Shown here: piece by piece, positions 17,607 through 29,211 of the stretch | Numbering within the stretch: the stretch's first letter is position 1 | Layout: each line of letters starts with the position of its first letter | Source: Candidatus Johnevansia muelleri | GTDB lineage: Bacteria > Pseudomonadota > Gammaproteobacteria > Johnevansiales > Johnevansiaceae | NCBI GenBank assembly: GCA_000953435.1 | Contig: LM655252.1 | Coordinates: forward strand, 120,001-152,000 | DNA: 32,000 bases | Reading direction: 5' to 3' | The notes under the pieces: generated by a model | The model's database searches: none | The model's input: only the letters and a program-made list of their open reading frames with translations | Told to the model about the DNA's origin: nothing | Program-made: the position numbers and the translations under genes

Positions 17607-19424
17607 ATGTTAAATAATGTAAATTTATCAAAAATTAAATATATTCGAAATTTTTCTATTATTGCTCACATAGACCATGGTAAATCAACATTAGCAGATC
17701 GTATTATTCATATATGTGGTGGATTAATAAACCGTGCTTTTAAAGAACAAGTGCTTGATTCAATGGATATTGAACGAGAACGTGGAATAACTATTAAATC
17801 ACAGGCAGTAACAATTAATTATCACGCTAATAATGGTAACATTTATCAATTTAATTTAATAGATACACCAGGGCATGTTGATTTCTCATATGAGGTTTCT
17901 AGATCACTTTATGCTTGTGAAGGTGCTATTCTAGTTGTTGATGCGGCTAAAGGAGTAGAAGCACAGTCAGTAGCAAACTGCAATACTGCGATAAATCATG
18001 GACTAAAAGTCATTCCTGTTTTAAATAAAATGGACTTACCTCAAGTAGATCCAGATAAAGTTATTTATGAAATAGAAGAAATAATTGGAATATCTGCAAA
18101 AAATGCATGTAAAATTTCAGCAAAAAGTGGATTAGGGATCAAATCATTATTAGAACGAATAATTTATGATATTCCTCCACCTACTGGTGATACTGATGGG
18201 TTTCTTCAAGCATTAATTATAGATTCTTGGTTTGATAATTATTTAGGAATTGTTTCATTAGTTCGTATATTTCAGGGAACATTAAAAGTTGGTGAAAAAG
18301 TTATTATAAAATCTACTGGATGCAGCGTAGAAATTTCAAAATTAGGTATATTTAAACCTAAGTCTACTTTAACTAATATGCTACATGCTGGAGAAGTTGG
18401 ATTCGTAGTTACGGGGATTAAGAACATACATGCTGCCCCAGTAGGTGATACTATTATTCATGCTATAAACCCCAATGTTCCTAGGTTACCCGGATTTAAA
18501 AAAATTATCCCCCAGGTATATGCAGGAATGTTTCCTATAAATTCTGAAGAATATGAAAAGTTTAAAGATGCTTTAGGAAAACTTGCATTAAATGATGCTT
18601 CTATTGATTATGTAAATGATAATTCTTTTTATCTAGGTTTTGGATTTCGTATAGGATTTTTAGGAACATTGCATATGGAAATTGTTCAAGAACGATTACA
18701 AAGAGAATATAATATTAAATTAATAATTACAGCACCAAATGTTAATTATGAAATAAAAATGTATAGTGGTGAAATAATATATATATCAACCCCTTATCAA
18801 TTACCTAATATATCTAGTATTAAAGAAATACGTGAACCTATAGTTAAGGCTACTATATTAGTACATCAAAAATATGTAGGTAAGATTATAAGAGAATGTG
18901 AAAATCGTCGGGGAATTCAATTAAATATGCAGGTAATTGGTAAACAAATACAACTTTTATATGAATTACCTATGAGTGAAATTATAATAGATTTTTTCAA
19001 TCGTTTGAAAGCTATTTCAAAAGGCTATGCATCACTAGAATATAGCTTTAATCGATTTAAAGCATCTAAATTAATTAGATTAGATATACTAATCAACGGT
19101 ATTTGTGTTGATGCGCTTACTATGATTATTCATATAAATAAGAGTTATTTGCATGGTCGGTTAATAGTAGAAAAATTGAAGGAACTAATTCCACGTCATA
19201 TGTTTGAGATTGTTATACAGGCTGCTGTAGGTAGTACTATAATAGCTCGCTCTACTGTAAAAGCATTGCGAAAAAACGTTATTGACAAATGTTATGGGGG
19301 GGATGTATCTAGAAAAAAAAAACTTATTTCCAAACAAAAAGATGGAAAAAAAAGAATGAAAAATATAGGACGTGTTATAATTCCTCATGATGTATTTATT
19401 GTAATGCTTAAAAATAATTATTAA
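17607..19424 (+). CDS. lepA: Translation elongation factor 4 (LepA)
   Basis: 605 aa. G-domain motifs [21 protein letters not shown] and NKMDL, plus the LepA-specific C-terminal domain ([21 protein letters not shown]). Confidence 0.96.
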   Translation: MLNNVNLSKIKYIRNFSIIAHIDHGKSTLADRIIHICGGLINRAFKEQVLDSMDIERERGITIKSQAVTINYHANNGNIYQFNLIDTPGHVDFSYEVSRSLYACEGAILVVDAAKGVEAQSVANCNTAINHGLKVIPVLNKMDLPQVDPDKVIYEIEEIIGISAKNACKISAKSGLGIKSLLERIIYDIPPPTGDTDGFLQALIIDSWFDNYLGIVSLVRIFQGTLKVGEKVIIKSTGCSVEISKLGIFKPKSTLTNMLHAGEVGFVVTGIKNIHAAPVGDTIIHAINPNVPRLPGFKKIIPQVYAGMFPINSEEYEKFKDALGKLALNDASIDYVNDNSFYLGFGFRIGFLGTLHMEIVQERLQREYNIKLIITAPNVNYEIKMYSGEIIYISTPYQLPNISSIKEIREPIVKATILVHQKYVGKIIRECENRRGIQLNMQVIGKQIQLLYELPMSEIIIDFFNRLKAISKGYASLEYSFNRFKASKLIRLDILINGICVDALTMIIHINKSYLHGRLIVEKLKELIPRHMFEIVIQAAVGSTIIARSTVKALRKNVIDKCYGGDVSRKKKLISKQKDGKKRMKNIGRVIIPHDVFIVMLKNNY

Positions 19425-19510
19425 TTTACTATTTTATTTATATTATTATAATTATAAAAAAATTAAATTATTAAAGGAATTTATATATAAATAAATTATT
19501 ATATAATAGA

Positions 19511-20170
19511 TTGCGTTATACTTTTAAAGACAGTAATTATTTAAAATTAGCACTAACTCATCGAAGTTTTAATAAAGTAAATAATGAAAGACTTGAATTC
19601 ATAGGTGATTCAGTACTCAATTTAATTATAAGCGAAATCCTATATTTTAAATTCCCACAATCACAAGAAGGGAATTTAACCATACTTCGGTCTAAATTAG
19701 TTAATCGTAATAGTCTGTTTAAATTAGCAAAAAAATTTAATTTAGGAAATTATTTATATTTGGGGTTAGGAGAAATTATATCTGGTGGTAAAAACAGATC
19801 ATCAATTCTTGCTAATGCTATGGAATCAATAATAGGTGCTATTTATTTAGATGGAGGTATATATTCAATTAAAAATTGTTTATTAATTTGGTATAATTTT
19901 TGTAAAATAAAACCCCACAATAATTATAAAAATATAATTCAAGAAATTTTACAATTTTATCAGTTTAATTTCCATATTTATACTTGTTTTTATAAAAATG
20001 AAAAATGTAAAAATAAATTATTTAAAATTATATGTAAAATAGATTTCTTAACTAAATCAGTTATAAAATATGGTTTAAATAAACGTATTGCTGAAAAAAC
20101 CACAGCAAAAATTGTTTTTAAAAATATTAAAAAATATACTAATATAAAATTTAAAATAAAAAAACAATGA
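19511..20170 (+). CDS. rnc: Ribonuclease III
   Basis: 219 aa from TTG; an in-frame stop 39 nt upstream excludes a longer N-terminus. RNase III signature ALTHRSF...NERLEFIGDSVL, second catalytic block ILANAMESIIGAIYLD, and a diverged C-terminal dsRBD. Confidence 0.9.
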   Translation: MRYTFKDSNYLKLALTHRSFNKVNNERLEFIGDSVLNLIISEILYFKFPQSQEGNLTILRSKLVNRNSLFKLAKKFNLGNYLYLGLGEIISGGKNRSSILANAMESIIGAIYLDGGIYSIKNCLLIWYNFCKIKPHNNYKNIIQEILQFYQFNFHIYTCFYKNEKCKNKLFKIICKIDFLTKSVIKYGLNKRIAEKTTAKIVFKNIKKYTNIKFKIKKQ

Positions 20171-21093
20171 ATATAATAAAACAAAAAACATTACCTGTTC
20201 AGCGGTGTGGATTTGTTACAGTCATAGGTCGTACGAATGTTGGTAAGTCTACGCTAATTAATTATATTTTAGGAAAGAAGATATCAATTACTTCTAGACG
20301 TCCTCATACAACACGTAATAAAATATTGGGTGTAAAGACTGAAGGTAATACACAAATAATCTATGTTGATACACCTGGTATGCATTTAATGAAAAAATAT
20401 AAAAATTATGAACTTAACTTTATTATGAATCGGACCGCTTTTAGAGCAATAAATGATGTAGATTGTATTATTTTTATAATTGATAGATTGCGTTGGACTG
20501 AAGAAGATAACCTGATCTTGAATAAAATAAATAATATTAGCGTTCCAGTAATTGCCGCTGTTAATAAAATAGATTGGATTAAAGAAAAATTATCTTTATT
20601 GCCATGGTTTGAGACTTTATATAAAAAATATAAATTTGTTGCAATTTTACCAATTTCTGGAAAGACAGGATTAGGCATTAATAAACTTGAATCAGTTCTT
20701 GCAAATTATATACCATATAGTAAATATTTTTTTCCTAAAGATCAAAGTACAGATAAAAATAATATTTTTCTATCTTCAGAAATTATTAGAGAAAAAGTAA
20801 TACGTTATATTGGTGATGAGTTACCTTATCAGATTACTGTAGTAATTGATGATTATAAAATATCACAAAATATAATTTATATCAACGCATTAATAGTTGT
20901 AGAGCGTAAAGCTCAAAAGAAAATAATAATTGGTGCAAAAGGTATTATGATAAAACGGATTGGGCGGGATGCACGTTTGGACTTAGAAAGATTATTAAGT
21001 GCGAAAGTTATACTAAAGCTATGGGTTAAGATAAAACGTTCTTGGTATAATGATAAACAAGTTCTAAATAAACTTGGTTATGATGTAAATTAG
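20167..21093 (+). CDS. era: GTPase Era
   Basis: 308 aa. GRTNVGKSTL, DTPGMH, NKID and a C-terminal KH domain. The ATGA start/stop overlap with rnc (4 nt) suggests translational coupling. Confidence 0.94.
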   Translation: MNIIKQKTLPVQRCGFVTVIGRTNVGKSTLINYILGKKISITSRRPHTTRNKILGVKTEGNTQIIYVDTPGMHLMKKYKNYELNFIMNRTAFRAINDVDCIIFIIDRLRWTEEDNLILNKINNISVPVIAAVNKIDWIKEKLSLLPWFETLYKKYKFVAILPISGKTGLGINKLESVLANYIPYSKYFFPKDQSTDKNNIFLSSEIIREKVIRYIGDELPYQITVVIDDYKISQNIIYINALIVVERKAQKKIIIGAKGIMIKRIGRDARLDLERLLSAKVILKLWVKIKRSWYNDKQVLNKLGYDVN

Positions 21094-21125
21094 TTTTAAA
21101 AATAATTACATAAGGATATTTAATA

Positions 21126-21770
21126 ATGTTTTATAAACTTCCAAAACTTTCTTATGCATATGATGCTTTAGAACCGTATTTTGATAAAAAAACAATGCAG
21201 ATTCACCATACTAAGCATCATAATACATATATAACAAATGCAAATTTAGCTCTGTCAAAAATACCAGAAGTAATGCAAAATATGTCAGTAGAAATGCTAC
21301 TTACAAACTTAAATAAAGTTCCTGAAAAACAGAGATATATTTTGCGCAATAATGCAGGAGGACATGCTAATCACTCTTTATTTTGGAGAATACTCACGCC
21401 TAATGCTAATAATCCTCATGGAGCAATAAAGTGTGCTATAGAATCTAATTTCATTAATTTAGAAAACTTTAGAAACCAGTTTGATAATTATGCTAAATTG
21501 CATTTTGGTTCAGGGTGGATATGGCTTATAATAAATAAATATGGTAAACTATTAATCAAATCTACTTTTAATCAAGATAACCCTCTAGCACCTAAATATC
21601 TTGGTGGATTTGAATCAACACCATTGCTTTGTATAGATGTTTGGGAACACGCTTATTATTTAAAGTACCAAAATCGTCGTGTTGATTATATTAATGCATT
21701 TTGGAATTTAATAAATTGGGACTTTATAGAAAATTTATATACTACTACATTATCCAAAATTAGTAGATAA
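21126..21770 (+). CDS. sodA: Superoxide dismutase (Mn type)
   Basis: 214 aa. [43 protein letters not shown] and [15 protein letters not shown] are near-identical to the corresponding E. coli SodA blocks. Confidence 0.9.
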   Translation: MFYKLPKLSYAYDALEPYFDKKTMQIHHTKHHNTYITNANLALSKIPEVMQNMSVEMLLTNLNKVPEKQRYILRNNAGGHANHSLFWRILTPNANNPHGAIKCAIESNFINLENFRNQFDNYAKLHFGSGWIWLIINKYGKLLIKSTFNQDNPLAPKYLGGFESTPLLCIDVWEHAYYLKYQNRRVDYINAFWNLINWDFIENLYTTTLSKISR

Positions 21771-23462
21771 TTTATTACGTATATAATCTATAATTTTATT
21801 TTGTAATATAATAATAGGTTTATTATTTTTTCTACATCTGTATTCTATTTCGTTATTTTTTAAACCATGTCCACCTATTATAATTATATGGGGAATACCT
21901 ATAAGGTCAATATCACTAAATTTAATACCGTTACTAATATCCCTATCATCTAATAGTACATCTATACCTGCTATACTAAGTTTTAAATAAAGATTATCTG
22001 CTATATTTTTAACTATTTTGTATTTATGTGTATTTATTGGTATTAAAACAACCTCAAATGGAGCAATATTTATAGGCCATATTATCCCATCATGATCATG
22101 ATGTTGTTCTATTGTAGCAGCAACTAATCGAGTAATTCCCATTCCATAACACCCCATATAAATAATTTTCTTATTTCCATTATTATCAATTACAATGGCA
22201 TTCATTGCTTTTGAGTATTTTTTACCTAATTGAAAAATATGAGCTACTTCAATGCCGTTGCGTATTAAAATTTTTCCCTTACCATCTGGAGAATGATCTC
22301 CTTCAACGACATTTCTTATATCAGCTACGATAGGTAAAGGAAGATCTCTGCCCCAATTAATACCTAAATAAAAATTATAATCTATGTTTGCACCAGCTAC
22401 AAAATCGCTCATCATAGCAACACTATGGTCTGCTATTATAGGAATATTAAGCCCCAAAGGTCCAATGAAGCTTAAATAAGATCCTATGACACTGCGTACT
22501 TCTTCTTCGTTAGCTATTTTTAATGGTGATGCTACTTCAGATTGATATTCCGCTTTTATATTATTTAATATGTGATCACCACGTACTAACAATGCAACAA
22601 ATTTACTATTTACACCATGTACTATAAAAGTATTAACTAATTTTTCTATTGGTATAGAATAATTTTTGATTAAAGTATATATACTTTTAATAGGCGTTTT
22701 AATTATACGTAAATATTCAGTTGGTGATCTACGTTTATTAATTTGTAAAGCCTCTGCTTTTTTGAAATTAGCAGCATAATTAGACTCATCAGAAAATGCT
22801 ATAGTATCTTCACCAGAATTTGCAAAAACATGAAACTCATGTGATTTTTCTCCCCCAATCAATCCAGGATCTGCAAGAACAGCAATAAATTCAAGACTTA
22901 GTCTTTTTAATATTCTAGTATAGGTATCATACATTAATTTATATGTTTGCTCTAATGAGGCATGATTGATATGGAATGAATAGGCATCCTTCATAATAAA
23001 TTCTCTTGAACGTATTACACCATAACGTGGACGCATTTCATCCCGAAATTTGGTTTGAATTTGATAAAAGTTTACTGGTAACTGTTTATATGATATAATT
23101 TCTTTGCGTACTAAATCTGTAATAATTTCTTCATGGGTTGGTCCTAAGCAAAATTCTCTTTTATTACGATCCTTGAAACGTAAAAGTTCATTTCCATAAT
23201 TTTTCCATCTACCAGATTCTTGCCAAATATCCTTTGGTTGAACCATAGGCATCAATATTTCTTGAGCCCCAACACAAGCCATTTCTTCACGAATAATACG
23301 CTCTAATTTTTGTAATATTCTTAGCCCCAGTGGTAGCCAAGTATAAATACCAGAAGCAATCCTGCGGATCATCCCTGATCTTAGCATTAGTTTATGACTT
23401 ATAATTTCAGCATCTGCGGGTGTTTCTTTTAATGTTGAAATCAGTAATTTACTTGCTCGCAT
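21750..23462 (-). CDS. proS: Prolyl-tRNA synthetase (bacterial type with INS editing domain)
   Basis: 570 aa. [34 protein letters not shown] start, class II motifs ([27 protein letters not shown]), and an insertion domain between motifs 2 and 3. Confidence 0.95.
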   Translation of the reverse strand: MRASKLLISTLKETPADAEIISHKLMLRSGMIRRIASGIYTWLPLGLRILQKLERIIREEMACVGAQEILMPMVQPKDIWQESGRWKNYGNELLRFKDRNKREFCLGPTHEEIITDLVRKEIISYKQLPVNFYQIQTKFRDEMRPRYGVIRSREFIMKDAYSFHINHASLEQTYKLMYDTYTRILKRLSLEFIAVLADPGLIGGEKSHEFHVFANSGEDTIAFSDESNYAANFKKAEALQINKRRSPTEYLRIIKTPIKSIYTLIKNYSIPIEKLVNTFIVHGVNSKFVALLVRGDHILNNIKAEYQSEVASPLKIANEEEVRSVIGSYLSFIGPLGLNIPIIADHSVAMMSDFVAGANIDYNFYLGINWGRDLPLPIVADIRNVVEGDHSPDGKGKILIRNGIEVAHIFQLGKKYSKAMNAIVIDNNGNKKIIYMGCYGMGITRLVAATIEQHHDHDGIIWPINIAPFEVVLIPINTHKYKIVKNIADNLYLKLSIAGIDVLLDDRDISNGIKFSDIDLIGIPHIIIIGGHGLKNNEIEYRCRKNNKPIIILQNKIIDYIRNKLSTNFG

Positions 23463-23497
23463 TTATATTCCTAAAAATATATATATAACATAAATAT

Positions 23498-26400
23498 TTA
23501 TGCTTTATTATAAGATAATATAGGTGCTAACCAACGTTCTGTTTCATTTATGGAAATACATTTTCTTTCTGATAAAAATATTATTTGATCTTTTCCAATA
23601 TTACCAGTTGAAAAGTAACGAGATTGTGGATTAGAGTAATACCACCCAGATACTGTAGATGCAGGCCACATTGCAAAATTATCAGTAAGAGTTAATCCAG
23701 CATTTTTTTTAGATTCAAGTAAATCGAACAATGTAGATTTTTCGGTATGATCAGGACATGCAGGATAGCCTGGTGCTGGACGAATACCGAAATATTTTTC
23801 ACTTATTAATGCATCATTGTCAAATTGCTCATATGGTGAATAACCCCAAAATTCTTTTCGTACTCTTTCATGTAATCTTTCTGCAAAAGCTTCAGCTAAC
23901 CTATCAGCCAGTGATTTTACCATTATAGCATTATAATCGTCGTTAAATTTTTCATATTGTTGTGCTATTTCGTCAACACCATGACCAGTAGTAACTGAAA
24001 AAGCACCGATCCAATCTATTAATCCACTGTGTTTAGGAGCAATAAAATCAGCTAGACTATAACAAATTATTTTATTAAATTTGCTACTTTGTTGACGTAT
24101 ATTATAAATACAATTTATTACTTTATTACGTGATTCGTCAGCATATATTTCTATTATATCATCATCTACAACCGCTGATAACCAAAATCCCACTACCCCA
24201 CTAGCATAAATATTATTATTATTTATTAATTTATATAACATATTTTTTGCATCTTTAAATAGATTTCTGGCTGATTCCCCAATAACTTTGTCATTGAATA
24301 TATGTGGATATTTACCAATTAATTGCCAGCTTATGAAAAAAGGTGTCCAATCAATATATTTTGTTATTTCATGTAAATCATATTTATTTAAAATTTTTAT
24401 CCCAGTAAAATTTGGGGCCTGTGGAGTATAGTTTTTCCAATCAATTAAAAATTTTCTTTTTTTGGATTCTGCATAAGTTAAATCGGATAATTTAGGTTTA
24501 CGTTTCGCATTACGTAATCGCACATTTGTATATTCTTTACGTATAGACTCAACATATGTATTTTTTTTTTTAGATAGCAAATTACTAGTTACTCCTACAG
24601 CACGAGAAGCATCAGTAACATAAACCACTGGTGCAGAATAATATGGAGCAATTTTAACTGCTGTATGCGATTTAGAAGTAGTAGCTCCACCAATTAAAAT
24701 AGGTAATTTAAAACCTTGTCGCTCCATTTCCTTAGCTACATAAATCATTTCATCAAGAGATGGTGTAATTAATCCAGATAGGCCAATTATATCAGCTTTT
24801 TTATCAATTGCAGTTTTAATAATAGTTTCAGCAGGTACCATAACCCCTAAATCAATAACCTCATAATTGTTACATTGAAGCACTACACTTACAATATTTT
24901 TTCCTATATCATGAACGTCACCTTTAACTGTGGCTATAATAATTTTACCTTTATTTTTATCATTATTTTTTTTATATTTAATATAAGGGATTAAATATGC
25001 AACTGCTTGCTTCATAACTCTTGCAGATTTTACAACTTGAGGTAAAAACATTTTACCAGCACCAAATAAATCACCAACTAGGTTCATCCCGGTCATTAAT
25101 GGACCTTCTATAACATTAATTGGATTTTTATAAAGTTTTCTTGCTAATTCAGCATCTTCTTCGATATAAGTAGTAATACCTCTAACCATAGAGTATTCAA
25201 TACGTTTTTCCACATCAAATAATCGCCATTCCAAATCTTTTTTAATTTGAATTATATCTTCTTTTTTATATTGATCAGCTATTTCTAACAATTTTTCTGT
25301 TCCAGATTTACCCCTGTTTAACACTACATTTTCAACAATATTACGTAATTCATTCGTTAAATCATCATATACAGATAGCTGCCCAGCGTTTAAAATCCCC
25401 ATTGACATTCCAGATTTAATAGCATAATAAAGAAATACTGAGTGTATTGCTTCACGTACAAAATTATTCCCGCGAAATGAAAAAGAAACATTAGATACCC
25501 CACCAGAAATCATAGAATATGGTAAATTTTTGCGTATCCACAGAGTCGCATTTATGAAATCAACAGCATAATTGTTATGTTCGTTAATACCAGTAGCAAT
25601 AGAAAATATATTAGGATCAAATATAATATCTTCTGCAGGAAAAAAAAGTTCATTAACTAATATATGATAAGCTCTACTACAAATTTCTATTTTACGATCA
25701 AAAGTATCAGCTTGTCCATACTCATCAAAAGCCATTACAATAATTGCAGCACCAAACATTCTACATAAAATTGCTTGATATCTAAATTTATCTTCTCCTT
25801 CTTTCAGAGAAATAGAATTAACAATAGATTTCCCCTGAATACATTTTAGTCCTGATTCAATAATATCCCATTTTGATGAATCAATCATAATAGGAACACG
25901 ACAAATTTCTGGTTCTGATCCAATAATATTTAAAAATTTTACTAGTTCTGTTTTAGAATCTAACATTCCTTCATCCATATTAATATCAATAATCTGAGCG
26001 CCATTTTGTATTTGTTGCAAAGCTATTTCTAATGCACTATTATAATCTTTTTCTTCTATAAAACGTTTAAATTTCGATGACCCAGTAACATTAGTACGTT
26101 CACCTACATTAACAAATAGAGATTTTGATGTAATGTTCAGAGCTTCTAGTCCAGAAATACGACAAATTTTATCTATAACAGGAATTTGACGTGGTTGTAA
26201 ACAAGTTACTGCTAATTTAATCGCTGATATATGTTGGGGGGTTGATCCACAGCACCCCCCTATAATATTCAATATTTTATTTTTGGCAAAATCATATATA
26301 ATTTTACTCATATCTTTTGCAGTTTGATCATATTCACCAAATTCGTTAGGTAGTCCAGCATTAGGATGTACAGAAATAAAAGTATCAGCTTTTTTAGATA

Positions 26401-27187
26401 GTTCTTCGATATAAGGTCTTATGTTTTCTGCTCCCAAAGCACAATTTAATCCAATAGAAATTGGGTTAGCATGTCTAACTGAGTTCCATAATGCTTCAGG
26501 AGTTTGACCTGAAAGAGTTCTACCAGAAGCATCGGTAATAGTCCCAGAAATCATTATTGGAATATTTTTACCAATATTTTCAAATAAATCATATAATGCA
26601 TAAATTGCAGCTTTAGCATTTAAAGTATCGAAAATAGTTTCAATTAAAATTAAATCAACACCTCCATCAATTAGAGCAATAGCTGCTTCACTATAATTTT
26701 CACATAATTTATCAAAGCTAATATTTCTATTTGAAGGATCATTAACATCTGGTGATAATGATGCAGTACGGCTAGTTGGTCCAAGTATACCAGCTATATA
26801 ACGTGGTATTCCTGTTTCATAATAAAATTTATCACATACATTGCGCGCAATTATTACTGATTCCATATTTAGCTCTGGAACTATATATTCCATGGAATAA
26901 TCTAATTGAGAAATTCTATTACTATTAAATGTATTTGTTTCTATTATATCTGCACCTGCTTCTATATAAGCAATATGAATTGATTTAATGACATTAGCCT
27001 GTGTCAAATTAAGAATATCATTATTTCCTTTAATTTCCTTGTTAGAATTTATAAATCGGTAACCCTTAAAATCTTTTTCTTCTAAACAGTATTTTTGAAT
27101 CATTGTGCCCATACCTCCATCTAGTATTACAATTCTAGATGAAAGAGTATTAATAAGAGTATCAATATAATGATCAAATATGATCAT
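23498..27187 (-). CDS. metH: Cobalamin-dependent methionine synthase, full five-module enzyme
   Basis: 1229 aa. Hcy-binding Zn ligands (NCALG; GGCCGSTP), pterin-binding module, B12-binding DxHxxG ([12 protein letters not shown]) and [10 protein letters not shown], and AdoMet reactivation domain ([12 protein letters not shown]). Confidence 0.97.
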   Translation of the reverse strand: MIIFDHYIDTLINTLSSRIVILDGGMGTMIQKYCLEEKDFKGYRFINSNKEIKGNNDILNLTQANVIKSIHIAYIEAGADIIETNTFNSNRISQLDYSMEYIVPELNMESVIIARNVCDKFYYETGIPRYIAGILGPTSRTASLSPDVNDPSNRNISFDKLCENYSEAAIALIDGGVDLILIETIFDTLNAKAAIYALYDLFENIGKNIPIMISGTITDASGRTLSGQTPEALWNSVRHANPISIGLNCALGAENIRPYIEELSKKADTFISVHPNAGLPNEFGEYDQTAKDMSKIIYDFAKNKILNIIGGCCGSTPQHISAIKLAVTCLQPRQIPVIDKICRISGLEALNITSKSLFVNVGERTNVTGSSKFKRFIEEKDYNSALEIALQQIQNGAQIIDINMDEGMLDSKTELVKFLNIIGSEPEICRVPIMIDSSKWDIIESGLKCIQGKSIVNSISLKEGEDKFRYQAILCRMFGAAIIVMAFDEYGQADTFDRKIEICSRAYHILVNELFFPAEDIIFDPNIFSIATGINEHNNYAVDFINATLWIRKNLPYSMISGGVSNVSFSFRGNNFVREAIHSVFLYYAIKSGMSMGILNAGQLSVYDDLTNELRNIVENVVLNRGKSGTEKLLEIADQYKKEDIIQIKKDLEWRLFDVEKRIEYSMVRGITTYIEEDAELARKLYKNPINVIEGPLMTGMNLVGDLFGAGKMFLPQVVKSARVMKQAVAYLIPYIKYKKNNDKNKGKIIIATVKGDVHDIGKNIVSVVLQCNNYEVIDLGVMVPAETIIKTAIDKKADIIGLSGLITPSLDEMIYVAKEMERQGFKLPILIGGATTSKSHTAVKIAPYYSAPVVYVTDASRAVGVTSNLLSKKKNTYVESIRKEYTNVRLRNAKRKPKLSDLTYAESKKRKFLIDWKNYTPQAPNFTGIKILNKYDLHEITKYIDWTPFFISWQLIGKYPHIFNDKVIGESARNLFKDAKNMLYKLINNNNIYASGVVGFWLSAVVDDDIIEIYADESRNKVINCIYNIRQQSSKFNKIICYSLADFIAPKHSGLIDWIGAFSVTTGHGVDEIAQQYEKFNDDYNAIMVKSLADRLAEAFAERLHERVRKEFWGYSPYEQFDNDALISEKYFGIRPAPGYPACPDHTEKSTLFDLLESKKNAGLTLTDNFAMWPASTVSGWYYSNPQSRYFSTGNIGKDQIIFLSERKCISINETERWLAPILSYNKA

Positions 27188-27213
27188 TAATAAACATATA
27201 AAATTATAATTTT

Positions 27214-27849
27214 ATGGATAAAATTATGTACTATAATAGTGTTTTATATGATAAAAAATATAAAAATATAAAGATTACGTTTCTAGCGCAAAAGTATATT
27301 TCAGATATTTTATTTAAAAAGAATATATACGGGATTTCTGTACGTGTATTTGTTATATATCCTGGAACACCTAATGTAGAAACATGCTTAGTATATTGTA
27401 GTCCAGGAGAAGAAGAAATTAATGATATTAAAATACAACTTAAAAAGTTTAATTTATATATTGAAAAAAAAAGTTTACCATTTTTAAATAATGCTGTAAT
27501 TGATTTTAATACTCATAATATTGGCGGTAATATTATTATTAACGCACCAAATACACAAATACCTTATTTGAAAACAAGTACACTAGAAAATAAAGTTAAT
27601 TATGTTTTATATAATGAAATTAACCCTCAATTAGCAATACATCAAGGTGGGATTAAACTTATTAATATTACAAATGAAAATGTAGTTTTATTAAAATTTA
27701 CTGGTGGATGTCAAGGCTGTAATATAGTAAATATTACACTTAAAAATAATGTTGAACGTACCTTACTAGAACGTATTCCAGAATTAACTGGAGTAATTGA
27801 TATTACAGATCATACGGATAATATTAATTCTTGGAATTATACTAATTAG
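27214..27849 (+). CDS. nfuA: Fe-S cluster carrier protein NfuA
   Basis: 211 aa. Degenerate A-type N-domain (VRVFVIYPGTPNVETCLVYC) and Nfu C-domain with GGCQGC, colinear with E. coli NfuA. It has about 19 extra N-terminal residues; an alternative ATG lies at 27226. Confidence 0.88.
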   Translation: MDKIMYYNSVLYDKKYKNIKITFLAQKYISDILFKKNIYGISVRVFVIYPGTPNVETCLVYCSPGEEEINDIKIQLKKFNLYIEKKSLPFLNNAVIDFNTHNIGGNIIINAPNTQIPYLKTSTLENKVNYVLYNEINPQLAIHQGGIKLINITNENVVLLKFTGGCQGCNIVNITLKNNVERTLLERIPELTGVIDITDHTDNINSWNYTN

Positions 27850-28693
27850 TTTCAATTGTTAAAGTAGATCCAATAGAAGCTAAAATTATAGCGAATAAAG
27901 CTATACCTTGTATAATACTTAATTTCTCATGTAAAAAAATTAAACCAGAAATGGCTGCAACAACCGGTTCTAGACTAGTTAGTGTACCAAAAGTTACAAT
28001 AGGTAATTTGTTTATAGCAATAAGTTCAATAGTATATGGAATAACTGTAGAAAATATAGATATTATACATGCATAATATAATATTTTAAAAGATAATAAT
28101 TTTTTCCATGAATTAATTAATCCAAAAGGTAAACTGAATAAAAAAGCAATTATTATACCAATTGATAATATATTTTTTTTATCTAGTTTAGCAGTTGCTT
28201 TTTTTCCAAAAATAATATATAAAGCCCAAAAAAAACCTGAACCTAATCCATAAAATATACCAATAATATTCTTTTTATGAAATAATAATTTTAATGGAAT
28301 TAAAATAATAATGCTTATTATAACAATAAAAACCCATACAAAATCAATTAATCTTTTTGATGAAAATAGAGCTAAAGATAATGGTCCAATAAATTCAATA
28401 CTAACAGAAATACATAATGGTAATATTTTAAGAGACATATAAAATAATAAATTCATTGCTCCAATTGAAATCCCATAACCCATTATTAAAAACCAATTTT
28501 TTATTATAGAATAGTATGAATTCCAAGGTTTAAAAATTATAGTAAAAATTATTGATGCAATAAATAACCGCATCATTGTTGTACCTTGAACTCCTATTAT
28601 TGTAAATAGATTTTTAGCTATGGATGCTCCACTTTGAATCGACAGCATAGACATTATTAAAAGTATAATTAATGGTATATTTTTATATTCCAA
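27842..28693 (-). CDS. rhtA: DMT/EamA-family transporter, RhtA-like threonine/homoserine exporter
   Basis: 283 aa, about 10 predicted hydrophobic helices. SIQSGASIAKNLF, VSIEFIGPLSLALFSSKRLIDFVWV, LPYTIELIAINKLP..TFGTLTSLEP and IASIGSTLT are colinear with E. coli RhtA. Confidence 0.8.
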   Translation of the reverse strand: MEYKNIPLIILLIMSMLSIQSGASIAKNLFTIIGVQGTTMMRLFIASIIFTIIFKPWNSYYSIIKNWFLIMGYGISIGAMNLLFYMSLKILPLCISVSIEFIGPLSLALFSSKRLIDFVWVFIVIISIIILIPLKLLFHKKNIIGIFYGLGSGFFWALYIIFGKKATAKLDKKNILSIGIIIAFLFSLPFGLINSWKKLLSFKILYYACIISIFSTVIPYTIELIAINKLPIVTFGTLTSLEPVVAAISGLIFLHEKLSIIQGIALFAIILASIGSTLTIETN

Positions 28694-28795
28694 ATTAATT
28701 CTCCTTAATGTATTTTAGTTATCAATATTAAATAATAATGGCTAAACAACCAATTTTTATTATATAAAAATTTATTGTATATATGAGGAATAACA

Positions 28796-29203
28796 ATGAA
28801 AAATAAATTAATAAAAGAATTTAGTTTATTTGAAAACTGTATGGATCGTTATCAATACATTATTGATTTAGGAAAAAATCTACCTAAATTTCCTAATGAG
28901 TGGAAAATACAAAAATATGTAATAGAGGGTTGTCAATCTAATGTATGGATTCATCATACATATAATATAAAAAAAATTCATTTTAATGGAATATCCGATT
29001 CATCTATAGTTTCTGGTCTAATTGCTATATTAATGCAAATCTATAATGATTGTACACCTAATGAAATTATTGCTATACCTCATAATATAATAGAAAGTAT
29101 TGGAATAAACCAGCATTTATCAATAAAACGTAATAATGGTTTACACGCAATGTTAAAATATATTTATGCTACAGCTTATAAATATAATAATATAAAATTA
29201 TAG
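28796..29203 (+). CDS. sufE: SufE-family sulfur acceptor protein
   Basis: 135 aa. YQYIIDLGKNLP and the persulfide-acceptor motif EGCQSNVWI match SufE GCQSQVW rather than CsdE GCENRVW. GAGGA lies upstream of the ATG. Confidence 0.82.
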   Translation: MKNKLIKEFSLFENCMDRYQYIIDLGKNLPKFPNEWKIQKYVIEGCQSNVWIHHTYNIKKIHFNGISDSSIVSGLIAILMQIYNDCTPNEIIAIPHNIIESIGINQHLSIKRNNGLHAMLKYIYATAYKYNNIKL

Positions 29204-29211
29204 ATTATTAT

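Noticed and set aside
26236-26260. Inverted repeat GGGGGG-N13-CCCCCC inside metH.
   Set aside because: The two arms are the codons for the conserved GGCCGSTPQ zinc-ligand segment (ggg ggg tgc tgt ... acc ccc caa on the coding strand). The symmetry follows from the protein sequence plus GGG/CCC codon choice. The 13-nt loop and mid-gene position give no reason to call a regulatory hairpin.
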